Source: Candidatus Sigynarchaeum calidifontis (GTDB lineage: Archaea; Asgardarchaeota; Lokiarchaeia; Sigyniarchaeales; Sigyniarchaeaceae). Taken from it: a stretch of 30,342 nucleotides of DNA. Position numbers and translations under genes: made by a program. This document shows, one piece after another, positions 24,499-30,342 of the stretch (within the stretch, counting starts at the first letter, position 1; each line of letters begins with the position of its first letter). Below the pieces are notes generated by a model. It was not told the origin of the DNA, made no database searches, and worked only from the letters and a program-made list of their open reading frames with translations. The DNA lies in the NCBI GenBank assembly GCA_030587475.2, contig JAUQYZ020000071.1, forward strand, positions 1 to 30,342, written 5' to 3'.

Positions 24499-25193
24499 TG
24501 CTTAACCGCTCCAATTTCTTCAAAAATAGAATGTAACGACGATTTCCAGGAAAAACAAGAACCAGAACGATGATATGATTCATATATGACGTGAAACGAG
24601 AAAAAGCGGGAAAACACCAATGCCATTCGGGTTAAGATTCCCACGCGAGCATGCTTGGATTCGGATCGGGAGATCGTTCGATTGGTCGCGAAGGCTGGCA
24701 TCGGGCAGACTTGCCCGTCTTTCAAGGCCCGGTCGGCACATTTAGTGCTTTTTCTAGAATGAAATACCAATAAAGGATACGGGCCAATGCACGGCTTGCT
24801 ATAATTGACATCGATCGTGCCTGTGGACTCTTTCTTTTCATTGCGTTTGTCCAGGTGCAGATCAACTATCGAAACCTCTATCTGGCCTTCCTTTACACGT
24901 CGATAATAATCATAGGGAATTTTATTGAGGGTCAACCCGATGTTGATGAAAATGATGATGTCAATGACGTTCCCCCACGTTATAGATACGGGTTGTAGCT
25001 CTGGCGGTAAAAACCAAAGGAGGTCGACGCGAGGGAGATCCGGGACGAACAACGAACGACCTGAATCGATATATACCGCGAACGCAAGCAAAAACGCCTT
25101 GATTTCGTTGATGCATATCACGCAAACGAGATAGAGCATCCCCAAAGACAAGATCCCTAATATCAAGATGGTTTGCTTGTACGCTCGGTTCAC
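24495..25193 (-). CDS. Hypothetical membrane protein; C-terminal half doubtful
   Basis: Two hydrophobic helices in the N-terminal ~95 aa. The stop overlaps the luxE ATG (ATGA). The last ~100 aa look atypical. Confidence 0.4.
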   Translation of the reverse strand: MNRAYKQTILILGILSLGMLYLVCVICINEIKAFLLAFAVYIDSGRSLFVPDLPRVDLLWFLPPELQPVSITWGNVIDIIIFINIGLTLNKIPYDYYRRVKEGQIEVSIVDLHLDKRNEKKESTGTIDVNYSKPCIGPYPLLVFHSRKSTKCADRALKDGQVCPMPAFATNRTISRSESKHARVGILTRMALVFSRFFSFHVIYESYHRSGSCFSWKSSLHSIFEEIGAVKQ

Positions 25194-25336
25194 GCGTTAT
25201 GCAACTCACGAATGTCGAATCGAATCCCGCTTTCGATGCTTCGAGCATTGCTCCGGCGATTTTTAATCTTGCGCCCGTTGAATGTATAACTATAGTTCAG
25301 AATTTTCAAGACGATTTCACACACGGTCGATAGAAA

Positions 25337-27973
25337 ATGGTCACGATACCTTGGAAGATAAAGAAAAAGTGGAATGCGAGATGGATCTGGCCTCCATACT
25401 TCACTCCCCGGTACAAGCAAAGCATGGATCGTGCTGGCGAGTTCCAGGGCATTTTACCGAGCGAACGCAATGTCCACGCGCTGTTCCGGAAGAAATTCAG
25501 CCTGGCAGGGGCACCAAAGAGAGCCACGCTGCAAATCTCGGTTGATAGCCGGTACAAGCTGTACGTGAACGGGACATACATCGGGCGTGGAATAGCTCGC
25601 TGCGAGAACGTGGCATGGTATTACGACGAGCATGACATCACGGGCATCTTGAAGCCCGGGGAAAACGTCATTGCCGTCAAGGCGGTGTATTTCGGCGAGG
25701 ATCTTGCGTGGTACCAGTGCCTGGACTCGGTCAAGGGTCAAACCCTGGCAGGAGCGGGAAAGGGCGGCCTGGTGTTCGAGCTGGATGTTGAGCTGGCTAG
25801 CGGCCATCACGAAATCATTGGTTCCGACCGGAATACCCGGGCGATCAAGCTGGATGCATACAAGCAAGACGCGCCCAAGAAAAACGGCACCCTCGGGCGC
25901 GTCGACATCGTTGACTTGAATTTAATTCCCGATGGATGGACCAGCACGGGATTCGACGATAGTGCATGGGCCACGCCGCTCGAGCTGGCCAACCCGTTCG
26001 AGTTCGTGATGCAGCGGAACATCCCCTTCTTGCGGGAGGTCGAGGTCAATCCGGTTTCGATCAAGGCATACGGGGAAGTGGCGGACGCCGGCGCGGATCT
26101 CGCGAGCGATGAGGACATCGACGAGATCCCCGACTTCTGCATCAAGAACAGCATCGAGATCAACGAGCCGCTCGGGAAGGCCCGGATCACGGGCATGGAC
26201 GCGATCACGGCCCCTGCACCTGGCAAGTATTGCGAGGTCTCGTCGCCTGGCGATGGCCGGGCGGTGTTCATGCTGCTAGACTTCGGCAAGAACGTCACCG
26301 GGTACATGCATCTCGTTGTAGAAGGTGAAAAGGGGGTGATCATTGACATGATCCCGTCGGAGCACGTGGCCGGGAACCAAGTGTATAACGGCGATGCCCT
26401 CGGTGGGAAGCGGGGGATGAGCGTCACCTTGCGTGACGGGATGCAAGAGTTCGAGCAAACCTTGTGGGACGGGTTCAAGGCCGTGATGGTCAAGATCCGG
26501 AACGTCAAGGATCGGGTCAAGATCTACAAGTTAAACACGATCTTCACCAGTTACCCGTACGAGGAGAAGGGATCGTTCGAATGCTCGAACCAGATGCTGA
26601 CCGACTTGTGGAAGGCTTGCGCATACACTCTCGTCCTGTGCACCCATGATGGCTATGAGGATTGCCCCTGGCGAGAGCAGCGCAGCTATCCAGGCGACGT
26701 GTACGTGGAAAACCTGGTTAACTACGCAGCGTTCGGAGATTACCAGATGGGCAAAAAGTTTCTCTACGACGGCGCGTTCGATCAACTCCCGACGGGCATG
26801 ACCTTCAGTTTTTTCTGCGGCGACGCCTATTCTGAACAACATATCATCCCAAACTACCAGCTGTACTGGATCTTCGTCGTCGACGCCCATTACCTCTACT
26901 CGGGCGACGACGGGCCGATCCGGGACCTGTACTCGAGCATGCTCAAGGCGATCGAGTGGTGGGACAAGTACCTAGATACACGCACGGGCTGCGTCAAGGA
27001 CGTGCCATTCTGGAAATTCATCGACTGGAACGAGCGACTCGATGCGGACGCGGAGATCAACGCGATCGTCAACGCGCAATATTTCAAGGCGCTCCAGATC
27101 GTAGCCAAGTTCTCGCGGATGCTCGGCTGGGCAGAAAAGGCATCCGAACTCTCGCGAATCGCGGAGCGGGTCAAGGCCGGGATCAACAAGCATCTCTGGG
27201 ACGAGGACAAGGGTTGCTATCACGATGGTCTCAACGACGGGAAATTGGACGGCGTGATCAGCCAGCAAACCAACGCGCTGCTCATCGATTTCGACATCGC
27301 CCCGCGAGACAGGTGGCAGCGCATGCTCGCGGTCGTGTTCGACGGGCCAACCAGGGGCAAGTACGGCATCCCGTGGCCAAAAAGAGGCAAGGGGATCGCC
27401 CCCCAGCCTGTCGACGAGATACTCCTCCCCCAGCCGTTTTTCATGCATTTCGTGAACAGCGCCCTCGCCAAGATCGGCCGGTTCGATCTCATTTTCAAGA
27501 TGTTCGACGAGGGCTGGGGACGCATGTTACGCCATCCCGACTTCGCTGGCACGATATGGGAGACGTGGGAACAGCACGGATCCCGCACGCATGCATGGTC
27601 GGCCACGCCCGCTTATGACTTGCTCACTCACGTGCTCGGCATCAAGCCAACCAAGCCCGGCTTCGATGAATTCACCATCAAGCCTGAATTGCACGACCTG
27701 CAGTGGGCACGGGGTACATTTCCATCGATCAAGGGGAACATCACGGTAAAGGTGGAACGGAGCGGGACGTGCTTGAAATACACGATCGAGATTCCCCCGG
27801 CCCTGGATAAAAGGGGAATTTTCATCTCGCCAGCCATCGGAGCGGACAAGATCAAGGGCATCGTGATCGACGGGGCGAATGCAGCCGTGGAAAGGCAGGT
27901 CGACGGCACCGGGCGAATCGTGCTGCACGGCCTTCGTGCAGGCAAGACGACCGTCTCGATCGAGCGCACGTGA
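25337..27973 (+). CDS. GH78 alpha-L-rhamnosidase-family glycoside hydrolase
   Basis: ISVDSRYKLYVNG, LDFGKNVTG, FECSNQMLTDLW, EDCPWREQRSYPGD, FIDW, SQQTNAL, TIWETW and HAWSATP. No signal peptide. Confidence 0.93.
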   Translation: MVTIPWKIKKKWNARWIWPPYFTPRYKQSMDRAGEFQGILPSERNVHALFRKKFSLAGAPKRATLQISVDSRYKLYVNGTYIGRGIARCENVAWYYDEHDITGILKPGENVIAVKAVYFGEDLAWYQCLDSVKGQTLAGAGKGGLVFELDVELASGHHEIIGSDRNTRAIKLDAYKQDAPKKNGTLGRVDIVDLNLIPDGWTSTGFDDSAWATPLELANPFEFVMQRNIPFLREVEVNPVSIKAYGEVADAGADLASDEDIDEIPDFCIKNSIEINEPLGKARITGMDAITAPAPGKYCEVSSPGDGRAVFMLLDFGKNVTGYMHLVVEGEKGVIIDMIPSEHVAGNQVYNGDALGGKRGMSVTLRDGMQEFEQTLWDGFKAVMVKIRNVKDRVKIYKLNTIFTSYPYEEKGSFECSNQMLTDLWKACAYTLVLCTHDGYEDCPWREQRSYPGDVYVENLVNYAAFGDYQMGKKFLYDGAFDQLPTGMTFSFFCGDAYSEQHIIPNYQLYWIFVVDAHYLYSGDDGPIRDLYSSMLKAIEWWDKYLDTRTGCVKDVPFWKFIDWNERLDADAEINAIVNAQYFKALQIVAKFSRMLGWAEKASELSRIAERVKAGINKHLWDEDKGCYHDGLNDGKLDGVISQQTNALLIDFDIAPRDRWQRMLAVVFDGPTRGKYGIPWPKRGKGIAPQPVDEILLPQPFFMHFVNSALAKIGRFDLIFKMFDEGWGRMLRHPDFAGTIWETWEQHGSRTHAWSATPAYDLLTHVLGIKPTKPGFDEFTIKPELHDLQWARGTFPSIKGNITVKVERSGTCLKYTIEIPPALDKRGIFISPAIGADKIKGIVIDGANAAVERQVDGTGRIVLHGLRAGKTTVSIERT

Positions 27974-28024
27974 ATCCCCGTCTCTTCCTCTAACCTTATT
28001 TTTCGATGGCGCCTACATTCACTT

Positions 28025-28462
28025 ATGTCGCAAGAACAATCCCGTGGCACTCCCCCGGGCATGTATCGCATCGCCGCCGATGCCATGATCGTGGATAACC
28101 CGCGAAGGCCACGGAAGGTCGTGCTCATCACGCGCAAGAACCCGCCCCACCAGGGTAAATTAGCGCTGCCCGGCGGTTTTCTCGAACCGGACGAGACGAT
28201 GGAACAATGCTGCATCCGCGAGGCCAAAGAGGAGACATCGTTGGACGTGGCTATCGTGCGGATCGTCGGCGTCTACTCGGATCCACGTCGCGACCCGCGC
28301 GGCCGAACGGTCTCCGTCACCTATCTATGCAAGCCAGTGGGTGGCATGGTGAAGGGAAGCGACGATGCAGCGAGTGCCAAATGGTATGATGTAAAATCCT
28401 TGAAAAACATGGATTTCGCGTTCGATCATCGCAAGATGTTCGAGGATGCTCGCTTGATCTAG
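28025..28462 (+). CDS. Nudix hydrolase (ADP-ribose pyrophosphatase-like)
   Basis: Nudix box GGFLEPDETMEQCCIREAKEETSL, plus YSDPRRDPRG, GSDDA and AFDH. Confidence 0.95.
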   Translation: MSQEQSRGTPPGMYRIAADAMIVDNPRRPRKVVLITRKNPPHQGKLALPGGFLEPDETMEQCCIREAKEETSLDVAIVRIVGVYSDPRRDPRGRTVSVTYLCKPVGGMVKGSDDAASAKWYDVKSLKNMDFAFDHRKMFEDARLI

Positions 28463-28477
28463 TGAGTTGTCGATGTC

Positions 28478-30007
28478 ATGAACCCGCGTCGCCTCCGAAT
28501 CGTCGAATGTTGCTGCATCGGGCTTTTCATCTTAGCATGTTGCGCCGGCCAGCGGGCAAGAGATACGATTCCATTGCAGGTATCGAACCCTTCCGCGTTA
28601 TGGGCCGGAACGCTCACGCCGGAATATCTTCTCGGCATCAACGAGACGTTCTGGTCAGCCGGCATCAATGGATCTGGCCAGAGCATCGCGATCGTCGACA
28701 CGGGCATCACGGCGAGCCACGAGGCATTCGCCGGGAAGGCGATCGACTGGAAAGACGTCACGCGCGAGAACTGGTCCACGCCCGTCGACTTGAACGGGAC
28801 CGAGGCTGGCCATGGCACCATGTGCGCGTCGATCGCGGCCGGGAACTCGGCAACATACAAGGGCATCGCACCCGGGGCCAACATCGCGGCGGTCAAGATG
28901 TTCTACATGGACGGGAGCGCCATCACGGCGGAAAATGCCGATGCTCGCGCGGCGATCGATCGCGTGCTGGCCCGCGCCCCGGCGCTGAACATCAAGGTCG
29001 CATCGCTGTCGTGGGGCGACGACAATGCATCGGACGGGAACGACGAGCTGAGCCAGATTGCCGAGGATCTCGTTGACGGCGGCATCGTGACCGTCGTCGC
29101 TGCGGGTAACAAGGCTGCGGGAGGAAAGCCGGCACACGTGGCAGCGCCAGGCGCGTCTGAAAAGGTGCTGACGGTCGGTTCCCTCGACCAGCATCAATTT
29201 TGCGTGGCATCATTCAGCCTGCCAGGACCGACCGCTGACAACCGCGTCAAGCCCGACGTCATCGCACCAGGCGTCGACATCCAAGGGGCCAGGCACGATT
29301 CGATCAACGCGTATAAAACTCTTCAAGGCACGTCTTTCTCCACCCCCATCGTCGCCGGCATCGCGGCCCTCTTGCTCGAGCGGTATCCTTCCCTCGACCA
29401 CTACCAGCTGAAGCACTTGCTCTGCCTCACCGCGTTGGAATGCCAGTACACGAGTGGTAGCCCCGACAACCAGGAGGGATGGGGCATCGTGAACCCGGCA
29501 GGGGTGATCTCGGCGATGGAAAGGTCATGGTCCATGGCCACGCCGCTCGCGGGCTCGCTCTGCATGAACAGGTCATCAACGCGTTCGTTCTTCACCCGCG
29601 TGCACCTCACGACCGGGATCACCCACAGGTTTACCATCACGGCAAGTGGCGGGGGGTCAAGCATGCTGGACAGCCGAGTGGAGGCTTACATCTACCCGGC
29701 GTCGCGTGGCGTCGATGGCATTCCGAACCTGCTTGCCCGTAGCCATGGCGGGAAATTGCTCATAGCACCAGAGATCCAGGGTGAATATATCCTGGCCATA
29801 AAACCGTTGCCCGAAGCATGGTTCGCCGACGGTGGAAACCTCGTGGTGCCATTTTCCATAACCCACGTCGAGGACATCACGATCCAGGCCTCGTGGGGAA
29901 TCGGCATCGCGAGCGCCATCGCCGGGGCAGTATTGGTGCTGGCGATTGCATGGAACCTTCGCGATTCGATGAACTTGAAAAAATGGACACTCTGGAAAAA
30001 GGAATGA
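28478..30007 (+). CDS. Membrane-anchored S8 subtilisin-like serine protease
   Basis: Catalytic motifs IVDTG, GHGTMCAS, AAGN, KPDVIAPG and GTSFSTP. N-terminal signal-like helix and C-terminal TM helix. Confidence 0.93.
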   Translation: MNPRRLRIVECCCIGLFILACCAGQRARDTIPLQVSNPSALWAGTLTPEYLLGINETFWSAGINGSGQSIAIVDTGITASHEAFAGKAIDWKDVTRENWSTPVDLNGTEAGHGTMCASIAAGNSATYKGIAPGANIAAVKMFYMDGSAITAENADARAAIDRVLARAPALNIKVASLSWGDDNASDGNDELSQIAEDLVDGGIVTVVAAGNKAAGGKPAHVAAPGASEKVLTVGSLDQHQFCVASFSLPGPTADNRVKPDVIAPGVDIQGARHDSINAYKTLQGTSFSTPIVAGIAALLLERYPSLDHYQLKHLLCLTALECQYTSGSPDNQEGWGIVNPAGVISAMERSWSMATPLAGSLCMNRSSTRSFFTRVHLTTGITHRFTITASGGGSSMLDSRVEAYIYPASRGVDGIPNLLARSHGGKLLIAPEIQGEYILAIKPLPEAWFADGGNLVVPFSITHVEDITIQASWGIGIASAIAGAVLVLAIAWNLRDSMNLKKWTLWKKE

Positions 30008-30009
30008 AT

Positions 30010-30342
30010 TTAACCGAGGCTTTCGAGTTCGTTATATTGGAACAAGATCGTCGCCTTCTTGCCGTTTATTTCCTTGCCGATCACGTCCCCGAGCTTGTCC
30101 GATAGCTCGGCTGCCTCCTTGTATTTACTCGCCGCGGCGAGAAATTCCTCTTTCTTCATGTGTTCTCGCGCCGCCTTCAGTATCTTTTCGCGGCTCTTCT
30201 CCAGGATCGGTATCTCGGCGGAGCGGGCAGCATTCTTGCTGAACTCGTCAGCAAGCTCGGGCTCTTCCAATTCCAAAGCGCAGTTCTTGGCATCGTTGTA
30301 TGCCCTCGTCGATTCGTCGTATCGCTTTTCGTTGCGGAGGCG
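30010..30342 (-). CDS. C-terminal part of an alpha-helical repeat (TPR/SNAP/MIT-like) protein, truncated by window edge
   Basis: The frame is open to position 30342. It contains two similar helical hairpins: EKRYDESTRAYNDAKNCALELEE and KEEFLAAASKYKEAAELSDKLGD. Confidence 0.7.
   Translation of the reverse strand, partial: RLRNEKRYDESTRAYNDAKNCALELEEPELADEFSKNAARSAEIPILEKSREKILKAAREHMKKEEFLAAASKYKEAAELSDKLGDVIGKEINGKKATILFQYNELESLG

Noticed and set aside
22166-24573. Overlapping ORFs 22166-23128, 22438-23238 and 23650-24573
   Set aside because: They lie essentially within the motif-supported luxC/luxE genes and have no independent features.
25190-25420. 76-aa minus-strand ORF
   Set aside because: It overlaps the GH78 start on the opposite strand, spans the AT-rich promoter region, and has no motifs.
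1-30342. rRNA, tRNA, CRISPR arrays, transposases or integrases
   Set aside because: None recognised by eye. Intergenic gaps are short and no regularly spaced repeats were seen. A covariance-model scan was not possible.

Overview
Gene-dense prokaryotic window, moderately GC-rich by eye. It has archaeal-type signals (GGTGA/GGAGGTG ribosome-binding sites, TTTATAA TATA boxes, U-rich gene ends) and several eukaryotic-signature-like proteins, so an Asgard archaeon (Lokiarchaeia-like) is inferred. The main observation is a compact divergent cassette at 16012-19018 that looks like a prokaryotic UFM1 conjugation system: a UBA5-like E1 followed by a JAB/MPN+ metalloprotease on the minus strand, and a UFM1-like modifier (C-terminus ...DVG-ART) translationally coupled to a UFC1-like E2 on the plus strand. 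No UFSP-type cysteine protease or UFL1-type E3 is in the window. Other notable genes encode a CDC48-N-like/EAP30 (ESCRT-II Vps22/36-like) fusion protein, a longin+DENN-like protein, a LuxE/LuxC pair without luciferase, and a small PH-fold-like protein. The rest comprises a partial K+-independent membrane pyrophosphatase, three (alpha/alpha)6-type glycoside hydrolases, a TIM-barrel sugar isomerase, a flippase-like transporter, several membrane proteins, a Nudix hydrolase, a membrane-anchored subtilase and a partial helical-repeat protein. No rRNA, tRNA, CRISPR array or mobile element was recognised. All family assignments come from motif recognition and remembered reference sequences, not database searches.
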